Below, piece by piece: positions 1-8,840 of a DNA stretch of 64,000 nucleotides (position 1 is the first letter of the stretch; every line of letters starts with the position of its first letter). The translations under genes and the position numbers were made by a program. Source of the DNA: a virus. Its lineage: Duplodnaviria > Caudoviricetes. Location of the stretch: the IMG/VR virus record IMGVR_UViG_2595698902_000001, positions 216,539-280,538 of that record; one strand, given 5' to 3'. The notes beneath the pieces are model-generated. The model was not told where the DNA came from and did no database searches. It saw nothing but the letters and a program-made list of their open reading frames with translations.

Positions 1-682
1 TGCAGGCACCGATATGCCAAACCTTGGCAATCTTTGCAGTTTTTTCCAGCATACGCAGGTAATTAGCCGCATGTTGGAAATCAGTCATCAGGATTTCATC
101 TTGACGACTGCCCACGCCGGATTTGTAACGGATGCTGTACGCTTGCTTACTCGGCACAACGGTAATGGTGATAACGCCACCAGTACCGCTAGCTTTGTAG
201 GTTTGAATCTTGCGCAGCTCCCGCTCGGTCAGCTCCACGCCTTTCGGTGCGCGAGTTTTAATCGAGTCAGAGAATCCAACTGGCGAACCAATATACTCAG
301 CTGCCATTTGCATGAATTCTTTGAGGCCGAAGTAGCACTCACGATCCCGCTTAGAAGCAGCGAGAATTTTCTCCTTCATTTCCTCGACTTTCGACAGTTG
401 CATGTTTTCTTTTTCTGGATGGGAGAACATCAGTTCACCGTCCGAGTACAGATGCACGCTGAACTTGAATTGAGCATCGTTGTAGGCGTCGTACATATCG
501 TACATTACACCAACAAATTTGCGACCTTCGTGTTCACCATCGAACGGCAGGATTTTGCCGTCTACGCTGTAAGCCGTGTTACGGGCAGGCAGCGCGAAAT
601 CAAGAATGCTGTCCAGTTCGGTTCGCAGGGCGATAGTTTCTGCGGCCAGCACAGGAGTTTCAGCAGTCATAGTCGAAGTCAT
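1..682 (-). CDS. hypothetical protein (3' end runs off the window)
   Basis: ATG at 682 (MTSTMTAETPVL...) with a purine-rich RBS upstream; the frame stays open to position 1. Not in the ORF track. Confidence 0.7.
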   Translation of the reverse strand, partial: MTSTMTAETPVLAAETIALRTELDSILDFALPARNTAYSVDGKILPFDGEHEGRKFVGVMYDMYDAYNDAQFKFSVHLYSDGELMFSHPEKENMQLSKVEEMKEKILAASKRDRECYFGLKEFMQMAAEYIGSPVGFSDSIKTRAPKGVELTERELRKIQTYKASGTGGVITITVVPSKQAYSIRYKSGVGSRQDEILMTDFQHAANYLRMLEKTAKIAKVWHIGAC

Positions 683-727
683 GATTTTTCCCTTTGGTAT
701 TTTGGGTTAACTGGGATTGGATTATCC

Positions 728-1471
728 CTAGTTTGCTTCTACAAAAATTTCCGTCATAGGCATGTAGCGCTCACGGAAATATTGCTCATGGCGACCGCTA
801 TCGGGTGCGTTGTGCGTGTACTGCACTTTCACTTCGATAACTTTCGTCAAGCCTTTGGTTTGCAGATAGGCGGCGGTTTTCCCGGTAGGAGGCATGATGC
901 GCCGTCCCTCTTCTACAAAACATTTAATCGGGTCTTTCAGTGGACGATCCGTAGCGGATTTAAACCAGCGATCAACCGAACCCAACAAGAAAGGTTCCGT
1001 CGAGCCTTGCGGGTGAATCAGCAGGCCTTGGCCCTCGGCAGTTACGCCAATGCGCAGCGCTTCGATGCTGGTGCCGTGCAGCTGAATAATCGTCATTGGG
1101 CGGTGACGATAAATCGTAGGAATCTCTTCCACAAAACGTCGAATATGCGAGCGCGCCTGCTTCACAATAGCGGCCAGACAATCTTGGTAATGCGGATGAT
1201 CGAATTGCGCGCGGCTGTAGCATTGCTGGATTTGATCCAGAACATCCTCGGCGCGCAAATCTTTTGGCAAGAAAAGGGAGCCGGAGTTGTAAATTACATG
1301 GATCAAACCGCGCCCATTGTTGACGAGAAACCGACCGTCGTTTTCTTTTGTGGAATCCTCGATGCTAACAGTCATCAGGTCGCTTTGGCATTCGTGATTT
1401 TTATTCGCGTAGTGCCAACCAGCTCCGCCGTTAATCTTTGAGATATGCCGCATCAGATCATTCAGGTCCAT
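728..1471 (-). CDS. hypothetical protein
   Basis: 247 aa ORF with an AAGG RBS, in the packed minus-strand gene array. Confidence 0.7.
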   Translation of the reverse strand: MDLNDLMRHISKINGGAGWHYANKNHECQSDLMTVSIEDSTKENDGRFLVNNGRGLIHVIYNSGSLFLPKDLRAEDVLDQIQQCYSRAQFDHPHYQDCLAAIVKQARSHIRRFVEEIPTIYRHRPMTIIQLHGTSIEALRIGVTAEGQGLLIHPQGSTEPFLLGSVDRWFKSATDRPLKDPIKCFVEEGRRIMPPTGKTAAYLQTKGLTKVIEVKVQYTHNAPDSGRHEQYFRERYMPMTEIFVEAN

Positions 1472-1489
1472 CGTCGTCTACCTTTTCGT

Positions 1490-1996
1490 TTATGCTGCGT
1501 TTAAATTTTTCGGCTTGGGTATCTTGAAAGCTGGCGTTGAATCTTTACGCGGCAGCTCTTTGATTGCGTCAAGGAACTTGTGGTGTTCGCGGCTCAGCTT
1601 ATCGCGAGCTTCTGGCAGAGTGAACCACTTGCGTTTGCGCATGTGTTTTTCTTGCCACGAATCGAACTGCGATAGGTATTCCATTGCGTACATGACGACG
1701 ACTTGTTTCATGCCGTCTTTTTCGTATTCAAAGGTTCCGATCTTTTTGGTACATGTGCCGGTGACGCCTGCCTCTTCAAAGCATTCTTTCGCTGCGTTTT
1801 CCCGCGCGTCAAGGTGCTTTTCTTGACCGCCTTTAGTGAATCCCCACCACGCACTTTTCTTCAACTTTTTAACCAGCAGAACCTGCCGGATACCGTCCTT
1901 GTCACGGTAAGGAATACAACCCGATTGCTTGCGTACTTTGAGTTTTGTTTTCGGCAGCTCAGCGGGGGAAGCTTGAAGCGAAACCATCATCTGCAA
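1490..1996 (-). CDS. Nudix hydrolase (DIPP/ApnA-hydrolase-like)
   Basis: Nudix box GGQEKHLDARENAAKECFEEAGV; N-terminal QSGCIPYR and C-terminal WQE..MRKRKW typical of the DIPP/Aps1-like subfamily. Confidence 0.9.
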   Translation of the reverse strand: MQMMVSLQASPAELPKTKLKVRKQSGCIPYRDKDGIRQVLLVKKLKKSAWWGFTKGGQEKHLDARENAAKECFEEAGVTGTCTKKIGTFEYEKDGMKQVVVMYAMEYLSQFDSWQEKHMRKRKWFTLPEARDKLSREHHKFLDAIKELPRKDSTPAFKIPKPKNLNAA

Positions 1997-2056
1997 ATCC
2001 TCTAGGTATTAGTCGGGTACGCCGCTGTGCAACGTACCTTCTTAAATTACACCTTA

Positions 2057-2067
2057 TATTTACAGTT
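2057..2067 (-). promoter_or_regulatory. AACTGTAAATA motif, putative phage late-type promoter
   Basis: Perfect copy upstream of the Nudix gene; resembles the T4 late promoter TATAAATA. Confidence 0.6.
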
Positions 2068-2236
2068 AACGGCGCATGTCGTGAATGGCTTGCTCAGCCG
2101 CATCCACAAACGTCAAACCGCTATGGCCCCACGACCACGGCGCGGTCCAATCGGGATGGGAAATCAACTTTTTGCGGAAGCAAACGGTCAGCTTGAGGTC
2201 TTCCAAATCTTCAAGGAGTATCCGGTAATCAATCAT
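2066..2236 (-). CDS. small hypothetical protein (56 aa)
   Basis: MIDYRILLEDLED...DMRR fills the intergenic gap. Confidence 0.55.
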   Translation of the reverse strand: MIDYRILLEDLEDLKLTVCFRKKLISHPDWTAPWSWGHSGLTFVDAAEQAIHDMRR

Positions 2237-2273
2237 TTTATTCTCAGTGCGAGAGCGTTGTGGTTATACTGTA

Positions 2274-2284
2274 TATTTACAGTT
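2274..2284 (-). promoter_or_regulatory. AACTGTAAATA motif
   Basis: Perfect intergenic copy. Confidence 0.6.
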
Positions 2285-3139
2285 TTACGAACGGAAGGTA
2301 ATGATGAATTTTGGCTCTTTGTAAACGCTTTCAGGCGAATCAAGCAAGGCCGCGACGTGCGGGTCAGCGGAACCCAAAACAACCTCGACCATTTCGTGCT
2401 TAACGGATTCCAGACCACGCGCCAGCATATCGAACAGGAAATAACTCGGCTGGTGCATTGTCACGAAACTATTACCGACTTCCACTTGGCGGCGGTGTGG
2501 TTTGGACAAAGCTGCATCGGCAGTCAGGCCAGCGATAACATCGTCAAAGTTTTTGACCAGAGCGCTAGTCGAATCTTCGATGTATCTATAGAAATCGCTG
2601 TAGCGGTCGTTTGCGAACGACGCATCCATTTGTGCATCAGGGTGGCGGTGCGCGTAAAACGCAATCGACAAGATGAAGTGTTTGTCGTTATCTCTTGCGT
2701 CCGGTTTACCGAGGTACAGATCGATACTCTGACCGACTTGCGTTTGGTACGTTTCGATACCGGCTAGACCGAACACATCTTGCACCTGCGCTACGATAGC
2801 TTTTACTTTCGTTTCCAGAACGCCGGAACGCTCAGCCAAATCGACAACGTGCGCAACCAATTGTTGGCGCGTTTTTTCGTCGGTGATGTTGTGGCCCGAC
2901 CATTCCTGTTTACCGCCACCAACCACAGCGAATCTGCGCGCTCCGTCTTCGACTTTGTAGAACCAAATACCGTAACCGTTTTTGACCAGACGGCGATGGG
3001 AATCCGGGCCGCTGTTAACCCACGCATTGCTGTCTGTGTGTTGGTTAGGGCGTTTGTGGGAAACGCTCACAAAACCCAGCTCTTCCAACTCCGTCATCAG
3101 CTGGTTGGCGACTTCGACGGAAATGATATTTTTACTCAT
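2285..3139 (-). CDS. hypothetical protein, paralog family A
   Basis: Start set at MSKNIIS, overlapping the upstream stop; shares N- and C-terminal motifs with 3132-4043, 8004-8840 and 8837-9643. Confidence 0.7.
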   Translation of the reverse strand: MSKNIISVEVANQLMTELEELGFVSVSHKRPNQHTDSNAWVNSGPDSHRRLVKNGYGIWFYKVEDGARRFAVVGGGKQEWSGHNITDEKTRQQLVAHVVDLAERSGVLETKVKAIVAQVQDVFGLAGIETYQTQVGQSIDLYLGKPDARDNDKHFILSIAFYAHRHPDAQMDASFANDRYSDFYRYIEDSTSALVKNFDDVIAGLTADAALSKPHRRQVEVGNSFVTMHQPSYFLFDMLARGLESVKHEMVEVVLGSADPHVAALLDSPESVYKEPKFIITFRS

Positions 3140-4043
3140 TGGGTTCGCCCACAAAAGGTTGTTTGAACAGAATGCGTGTATCGGTGACTTTGTAGCTTGC
3201 CGCGTCAAGGTCTTGCTTAACCAACAAACCGTCGATTGTAGCATTGCCGGTTGTCGATCTTACGGTGTGTTCTTTGCTGCCAACGCCCAGCACGCCAAGG
3301 TCGAGCATGTATTGCAGATATTCGCCGGGGCAACCGAGCGTAACGATCAGGCCGTTACCTTCGTTCGCACAAATCAGGAATTTTTTGAAGCGGTCGTGCT
3401 GGTCGCGAATCACGCGCAGGCAGTCTTCCAGCGTTTCGACTTTATTCCGGGGAGTATCGTCGTCTTCGCATTCGCCGTCGTCCGGTTCGGCGCAGCCTGT
3501 ATCCTCGAAAATGCGCCAGTCATTACCGACGAAAATTGCAGACTGCAAAACCATTGCGCCGGGGCGGTTGAATTTCAAGGTAAACAGATCGGGTTTTGCG
3601 TCCGAGTCCGCGTCTTCCAACGGCAGCGCCGGGCTGATATCCAGCTTGAAATGAATTCGTTCTTTTTTCTCGACGCGCAGGAAAGGAATACCTGCCGCTT
3701 CCAGCACAGGCGCCAATTGATCAGCCAGTGCATTGAGTGCGGCGTGTTTCCGATCCAGACTGTTGGCTGCGCTGATAATGCGTTCGGCCAACTTGTTCAC
3801 GTCTTTGGCCTGCTTCGGACCGCATATTCTGAACTTAGGAACAAACGCAGTAAAACTAGCTTCTTTTTTCGGCGTCGTGTAGTAGGAAGTGCGTACCCAC
3901 GCGAGGCCGCGACGGTACATGTTTTCGGTGCGAGCGGTACGCGATTCAGCGTTGCCCGTTTCTACGCCGTGCTCAGTGCAAATAAAACCGGCATCGTGCA
4001 GCAGGGCTTCCAGTTGCTGGATAAATTCTACTTCATAGCGCAT
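3132..4043 (-). CDS. hypothetical protein, paralog family A
   Basis: 303 aa ORF with a GGAGG RBS. Confidence 0.75.
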   Translation of the reverse strand: MRYEVEFIQQLEALLHDAGFICTEHGVETGNAESRTARTENMYRRGLAWVRTSYYTTPKKEASFTAFVPKFRICGPKQAKDVNKLAERIISAANSLDRKHAALNALADQLAPVLEAAGIPFLRVEKKERIHFKLDISPALPLEDADSDAKPDLFTLKFNRPGAMVLQSAIFVGNDWRIFEDTGCAEPDDGECEDDDTPRNKVETLEDCLRVIRDQHDRFKKFLICANEGNGLIVTLGCPGEYLQYMLDLGVLGVGSKEHTVRSTTGNATIDGLLVKQDLDAASYKVTDTRILFKQPFVGEPNE

Positions 4044-4352
4044 TTAATTTGCCTCCACGGCTGTTCTGTTCCACTGGCTTGCGTTGCGAATCAATACGTC
4101 GTCAATCTCGCCGCGAGAATCCAAATCCAAAGTTTCCGAACGCCCGTGGCAATTAGGATCGCCGCTGACTTCGCAGAAACCTGCGCTAACCACATTCAGC
4201 GTTGGCTTGATATCGCCGCCTGTACGATCCATTGCGCGAATCGTCATTTGCGACATTACATCGTGGTTGATGCACTTTGGAAAAATGATCGGCAGTTCGT
4301 GAATCACGCCGGTCTGATAATCGCGTCCTTGCATAACAATGTACTTCATCAT
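4044..4352 (-). CDS. small phage protein, paralog family B (MKY..PIIFP..H..SAGF..SR..D)
   Basis: Motif shared with 11270-11584 and the N-terminus of 39043-39900. Confidence 0.75.
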   Translation of the reverse strand: MMKYIVMQGRDYQTGVIHELPIIFPKCINHDVMSQMTIRAMDRTGGDIKPTLNVVSAGFCEVSGDPNCHGRSETLDLDSRGEIDDVLIRNASQWNRTAVEAN

Positions 4353-4367
4353 TTCTCGTTTTCCTTG

Positions 4368-4502
4368 TTAACGACGAATAGCGAAACCGGAATGCCCAGT
4401 TTGTGCAGCGAATCCCTTGGAGACTTTTGGTTCGTTGCAACCGATCAACGCGACAAGCGCGAAGACCGGCAACAGCGGCATAATATTGCGGAGATTTTTC
4501 AT
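4368..4502 (-). CDS. putative small lipoprotein (44 aa)
   Basis: MKNLRNIMPLLPVFALVALIGC carries a lipobox; start overlaps the upstream stop. Confidence 0.55.
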   Translation of the reverse strand: MKNLRNIMPLLPVFALVALIGCNEPKVSKGFAAQTGHSGFAIRR

Positions 4503-4930
4503 AGCAATACTTTCCTAAACCCTTGGTCAAAGAAAATCGTTACGCCTTGTGTTTTGGAGCCGTGGCCTGTGATGCACACTGCACCGGGACTGCGTGAAAT
4601 CTTGTGCTCGAAATCTACCCGTTTGAACAAAGCGCCATTCTCTTTGCAGCGCGCTTTCATTTTATTTACAGTTTCGTAGGAGAAGCGTGGCGGCTCACGG
4701 AGCTGGAATTCTGTGTACCAATACTGCGCCCACTCTTCGCGCTTCTGCACATCCCTTGCACGTTCTGCGTGGCGTTCGGAATAGCCGTTAAACGAATTAC
4801 TCTTTGGGCCGTTTATGTACCACACAATCCCGAGGAAAAACAGCAAGGCAAACACAGCAAGGAACAGAGCGGTCAGGGCATCGCTCTTAGCATGACGGTC
4901 GCATTTGCAACAGCAACATTTAGTCGTCAT
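4499..4930 (-). CDS. membrane-anchored hypothetical protein
   Basis: Cys-rich N-terminus followed by one hydrophobic TM segment. Confidence 0.7.
   Translation of the reverse strand: MTTKCCCCKCDRHAKSDALTALFLAVFALLFFLGIVWYINGPKSNSFNGYSERHAERARDVQKREEWAQYWYTEFQLREPPRFSYETVNKMKARCKENGALFKRVDFEHKISRSPGAVCITGHGSKTQGVTIFFDQGFRKVLL
4663..4673 (-). promoter_or_regulatory. AACTGTAAATA motif (intragenic)
   Basis: Perfect copy inside the CDS, about 160 nt upstream of the next gene start. Confidence 0.45.
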
Positions 4931-5234
4931 TTTTGCACACCTTTTTGAAGCCTTGGCCTAGCGGCGGAATACCCGGCATCGCAGGCCAGTGTGCGTTAAT
5001 GCGTTTGATCGAACCGTCTGGCGCTTCGCACACAGCAAACACAGGCGTAGGGGCGTTGGCTCGCAAATCGGTTTCTTTGCCTTGGTATTTCAGGCCTTCC
5101 AATTCACAAGTTTTCTTTGCAGAATCGCCCCACGGGTCTTTCGACAAATCACGCTGCGCAGGAGGCACGCACTCTTCTTTGGAACAGCCAACCAGCGCCA
5201 GCGCTACAGCCAAAACAATAGAAATCTTTTTCAC
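4920..5234 (-). CDS. putative lipoprotein
   Basis: GTG start KKISIVLAVALALVGC (lipobox) with a GAGG RBS. Confidence 0.7.
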   Translation of the reverse strand: MKKISIVLAVALALVGCSKEECVPPAQRDLSKDPWGDSAKKTCELEGLKYQGKETDLRANAPTPVFAVCEAPDGSIKRINAHWPAMPGIPPLGQGFKKVCKNDD

Positions 5235-5287
5235 GTCATCTGCCTCTTTCGTGGTTGGTGCCCGCCGAAGCAGGCACCGTTTACTTT

Positions 5288-5503
5288 TTACTTGTTGAAT
5301 TTCTGCCGGATTTTCTGAGCGAGAATACCCAGCCCGGAATGGGCAACATACGCAAACTCGGCGGCACTGAGCACAAAGCCCAGCAGCACCATGACTGCGA
5401 AATCGCCAGCGCCCGACCGACTGTGCTGCCATGCGTATTTAAACGCGGAGTAAATCCACATGGACAGGACAACCAGCAGGAAAAGAGCAAGAATACGCAT
5501 CAC
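5288..5503 (-). CDS. small two-TM membrane protein
   Basis: Two hydrophobic stretches; start overlaps the stop of the ATP-grasp gene. Confidence 0.65.
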   Translation of the reverse strand: MMRILALFLLVVLSMWIYSAFKYAWQHSRSGAGDFAVMVLLGFVLSAAEFAYVAHSGLGILAQKIRQKFNK

Positions 5504-6888
5504 AGATATTCCTCTTCATCGTCATCTTCGTCTTCGATATCGTCGATCAGAATGTGTGGAATGAACCGCTCATTTTTCCACGACAAAGTAGGCGATTCAA
5601 ATTCACGAATGCACAGCGTAGCGGCAGTGGATTCGCGCATGGTGACGTAGTTGGTCGAAACATCCGGCACCATAAACATGCCGATGATGAAATTGTTGCG
5701 GCCCGGAACTTGGAACGGCGGCGCGTACATTTGATAAACTACGTCGTCACCATCGTATGCGCCATCGGTCGAATAATTATGCGAACCGTCAGCATTGAAA
5801 ATGGTGATGTTGTTCGACATGCGTCCGATTTTTGGCTTGCTTACGAATTTCTCGCCAACTTGCAGGAAGCGCTGGTTGTTGAGGTAGGTCGGCAGCACCG
5901 GAACGTTTTCATAACGAAGCCGGAAATCTTCGTCGGTTTCGATCAGGTGGGTGATGAATGCCCAAATGCCTTTGTTCGACGCAAACCAGCGCCATGCAGG
6001 CTCAAGGAAGGTAACGTGTTGGCCCCAGTTCGTCCATTCCTTGAATGCGTGCGGCGCAACTTTCACCATCGATTCAATCATTTCTTCCCACGGCAGCAGG
6101 GCGAAAATAACCGACGCCGGGGTATCGCCAATCACAAACGGATTGGAGCGGTTGGTGAAGTCGTAATCCATTTCGGTAATGTCGGCGAACATACATTCGT
6201 TTTCTTCACCGAGAATTTGCTGGATAACTTCACTGGTCGCCACGTCTTCAAACGTGTTGTGGTCACAGATTACGGCGGCGGTGCCGGGGATAGCGCCCAT
6301 GTTGCGGATCAGTTCTTGTAGCGTCGGATAGAAACTATTCAACTGCAAGAAATTGTCGCCGGTCAGCGTTTCGCAAATCATGTTTTGCTGCGAAACAGCT
6401 TCAAACAGCATGGTCGGCGTATCGCCGTTGAATTCGTAGATGCCTTCGACTTGATTGGTGTCAGGATTCAGCGTGGCGTCGAAGCGGCCATAAATTGCTT
6501 GGCGGGCACTTCCAACATCGCGGTAAGTGAAGCGGGCATAGTCGAGGAAATACGGGTGGCGGCGCAGGAAAGCGCAACCCATATATTTCATGACTTCTGC
6601 ATCAGGAAGCGCGAACAATTTGCCGACAGCTTCGACCAGCATTGCGTAAGCATTCTCGAATGTGGTTTCGATTTCTGCACACGCGGAAAGCGGCAGTTCG
6701 TAGACCGGCATATTGCGCGAATTTTTGAGGGTAAAATCGAAATAATCATGCACGTCTTTGTAGAACGCTGCGTCGCACGCGGCTTGGCTTTGGCCGGGAG
6801 CTTGGCGGTAGAAGGCCTGCGTATACGGCAGTTCTTCGTTCATCATTTTGTTCAGATCGAAATTGATATCGTAGTGCGTGCAGTGCAT
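5500..6888 (-). CDS. glutathionylspermidine-synthase-like ATP-grasp ligase (YgiC/YjfC family)
   Basis: Motifs YGRFD, YEFNGDTPT, LLPWEEM, EPAWR..ASNKG, SKPKIGRMSNNITI, IRE. Confidence 0.9.
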   Translation of the reverse strand: MHCTHYDINFDLNKMMNEELPYTQAFYRQAPGQSQAACDAAFYKDVHDYFDFTLKNSRNMPVYELPLSACAEIETTFENAYAMLVEAVGKLFALPDAEVMKYMGCAFLRRHPYFLDYARFTYRDVGSARQAIYGRFDATLNPDTNQVEGIYEFNGDTPTMLFEAVSQQNMICETLTGDNFLQLNSFYPTLQELIRNMGAIPGTAAVICDHNTFEDVATSEVIQQILGEENECMFADITEMDYDFTNRSNPFVIGDTPASVIFALLPWEEMIESMVKVAPHAFKEWTNWGQHVTFLEPAWRWFASNKGIWAFITHLIETDEDFRLRYENVPVLPTYLNNQRFLQVGEKFVSKPKIGRMSNNITIFNADGSHNYSTDGAYDGDDVVYQMYAPPFQVPGRNNFIIGMFMVPDVSTNYVTMRESTAATLCIREFESPTLSWKNERFIPHILIDDIEDEDDDEEEYL

Positions 6889-6917
6889 AAATCACTAATC
6901 CTTAGAGAAAGAGAATG

Positions 6918-6940
6918 AGCGGCCCGTTCTCTGAGCCGCT
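6918..6940 (-). terminator. intergenic stem-loop (terminator or processing site)
   Basis: AGCGGCUC-loop-GGGCCGCU followed by a pyrimidine tract. Confidence 0.5.
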
Positions 6941-6959
6941 TTTGTAGCTTTGATTTTAA

Positions 6960-7631
6960 TCAGCTCGACGAACCGCCATGCGCCGAACTACGGCCACCGC
7001 CACCGGATGCAAATATCGCTTTTGCACGCGATTGCGTAGCACTTTGTACCGAGGCCGGGGCACTGGAAGGCGAAGCGCGCCATTGCGAAACACGGGAATT
7101 CAGGTTTTGTCGGTAGTTCGGCGCAGCGCGGACAGCTGCGCGATTTTGGTTCATCATCGCAGCCGCATAACCTGCGGTGTTGCTGTTACGGCAACGGCGG
7201 CGTTCGTCGCGATTATCACACTGCGTTGTTTGCAGCGGTTGGTGCTGTTGCTGGTATTGCTGTACGCCCCCGGAACTGGTCATTGCTTTTGCCAGCAGAT
7301 AACCGCCCAGCGCACCAGCACCAGCAGAGGCAACCATCGGCCACACGGAATCACTGCTTTGTCCGTTCGCTTCTTCGCGGACAACGTGCATTTGCTTTTT
7401 GCCGTTTTCATCCAAGGTAAAGTAAACGTCTTTTACCGTTGGGTCTTGCGCTTGCAATTCCTTCAACGCGGCTTGACGATCTTTTTCATCATCGGCCAAT
7501 TGCTGGCGGGTCTGCGCGCCCGCTTGTTCATCGACGTAAGCCTGCTCTTCGTCTGGATATGCAGCATCACCGCTGTCACAACCTGCGAGCAAGGCCAAAG
7601 CCGACGCCAAAACGACTACCTTTTTACTCAC
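6960..7631 (-). CDS. YgiB/DUF1190-like lipoprotein
   Basis: Lipobox LAGC, central Gly/Ala hydrophobic segment AGAGALGGYLLAKAM, Gly/Ser-rich C-tail, directly upstream of the YgiC-like gene. Confidence 0.7.
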   Translation of the reverse strand: MSKKVVVLASALALLAGCDSGDAAYPDEEQAYVDEQAGAQTRQQLADDEKDRQAALKELQAQDPTVKDVYFTLDENGKKQMHVVREEANGQSSDSVWPMVASAGAGALGGYLLAKAMTSSGGVQQYQQQHQPLQTTQCDNRDERRRCRNSNTAGYAAAMMNQNRAAVRAAPNYRQNLNSRVSQWRASPSSAPASVQSATQSRAKAIFASGGGGRSSAHGGSSS

Positions 7632-7984
7632 ACTTTTTTCCTCTTTAGCTTAGTGAATGCTAACGCGGCGAAGTGTTCCGCGCTAACGTGGTTTTTGATG
7701 AATTCGTAACCCTTTTCGTCCACGTACATTATCGTGTCCACGCAAGGGTAAAGCGAAGTTTCCAAACGCTTGCGCTTGTACTCCATAGACGAAACGTGCA
7801 TCGACGTAGGCATACCGTTGGCGTCTTCAAGCAAGATAAAACGCGCTTTCTCGCAAGGGTCAGGTTTGATCAGGCAGCAAACGTAGTCGAAGCCGCTCAG
7901 GGCAATATGCTTGCCCAGCGCTGCGCGGCGAACCACCTCAGACTGCGGAACGAAATGCACATGACCGTTATCCGTTTTCTTCAC
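7628..7984 (-). CDS. hypothetical protein
   Basis: 118 aa ORF coupled to the downstream gene. Confidence 0.65.
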   Translation of the reverse strand: MKKTDNGHVHFVPQSEVVRRAALGKHIALSGFDYVCCLIKPDPCEKARFILLEDANGMPTSMHVSSMEYKRKRLETSLYPCVDTIMYVDEKGYEFIKNHVSAEHFAALAFTKLKRKKV

Positions 7985-7994
7985 GTCTATATCC

Positions 7995-8005
7995 TATTTA
8001 CAGTT
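7995..8005 (-). promoter_or_regulatory. AACTGTAAATA motif
   Basis: Perfect copy at the gene junction upstream of the YgiB/YgiC-like operon. Confidence 0.6.
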
Positions 8006-8840
8006 ACACCGTGTTGAGTTCTTTGCAGTCTTCGTCAGACACCAGTTCTTTGAAGCGGATAGCGTAATAGATATCCTCTTTGCGGTCATTGCCTACAATC
8101 CGGTTCATTCGCTTATCCGGCGCGCAGTAACGAATCTCCGAACGAACGCGTCTGATGCTGGTCAGGCCGTAGCGGAAAAGGAACGAGAAATAATCACAAG
8201 GTTCCAATCGCGTGTACAGCACGTTGTCTTCGATAAACGAACCGCTGTGTGCGTTGTTGAACAGTTCGTGATCCTGCATGTGCGCCATGATTTCTTCGGC
8301 GTTTTTTACGTTGAACGATTGGTAGCACTCTTCCAACCACACGCGCATATCGGCGAAGCCTTTGTGCAGGCTAATTTCCAGCAATTTTTCATTGCGGAAA
8401 CGGAACGTGTAACGGAAATATTCGCGGTCGTAGGCCCAGCGTAGTTTGATACCTTTTTCTGCCGCCAGCACTTTGAACAATGCCGCCGTTTCGCTAAGCA
8501 GTGCCAGCCGCCGCTCAATGGCCTCGATCAATTCGTCCACGTACTTTTGCAAGCCTTCACCTTCTGGCAAGAATTTACCAGTTGGATCGACTTCAATTTC
8601 ATGGCTGGTAAAGCGCACATTTGCCCAGCCGGGTGGCGTGCCTTCGTAAGTGTCGCGGTCGTGCTTCGGCGCGTATTCGATTTTGGTTACGCGAACATCC
8701 AGCGGTGTAAACGGGCGCGAGAAAGTAAACTCGACGTTGCTAATGGATCGGCTTTTGTCGATCTTGAAACCGTGTTTGACTAGCAGGTCGGAAAGAATCT
8801 GAATTCCTTCCGGGCTAAGCCGCACAAATTTCTGACTCAT
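8004..8840 (-). CDS. hypothetical protein, paralog family A
   Basis: 278 aa ORF with the shared family motifs. Confidence 0.75.
   Translation of the reverse strand: MSQKFVRLSPEGIQILSDLLVKHGFKIDKSRSISNVEFTFSRPFTPLDVRVTKIEYAPKHDRDTYEGTPPGWANVRFTSHEIEVDPTGKFLPEGEGLQKYVDELIEAIERRLALLSETAALFKVLAAEKGIKLRWAYDREYFRYTFRFRNEKLLEISLHKGFADMRVWLEECYQSFNVKNAEEIMAHMQDHELFNNAHSGSFIEDNVLYTRLEPCDYFSFLFRYGLTSIRRVRSEIRYCAPDKRMNRIVGNDRKEDIYYAIRFKELVSDEDCKELNTV

Noticed and set aside
2266-2284. LexA/SOS-box-like palindrome TACTGTATATTTACAGT
   Set aside because: The spacing is CTGT-N6-ACAG rather than N8, and the TGTAAATA motif explains it better.
5500-6888. Assigning true glutathionylspermidine synthetase activity or the gene symbol gsp
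   Set aside because: There is no amidase domain and the context matches YgiC/YjfC, whose substrate is unknown.
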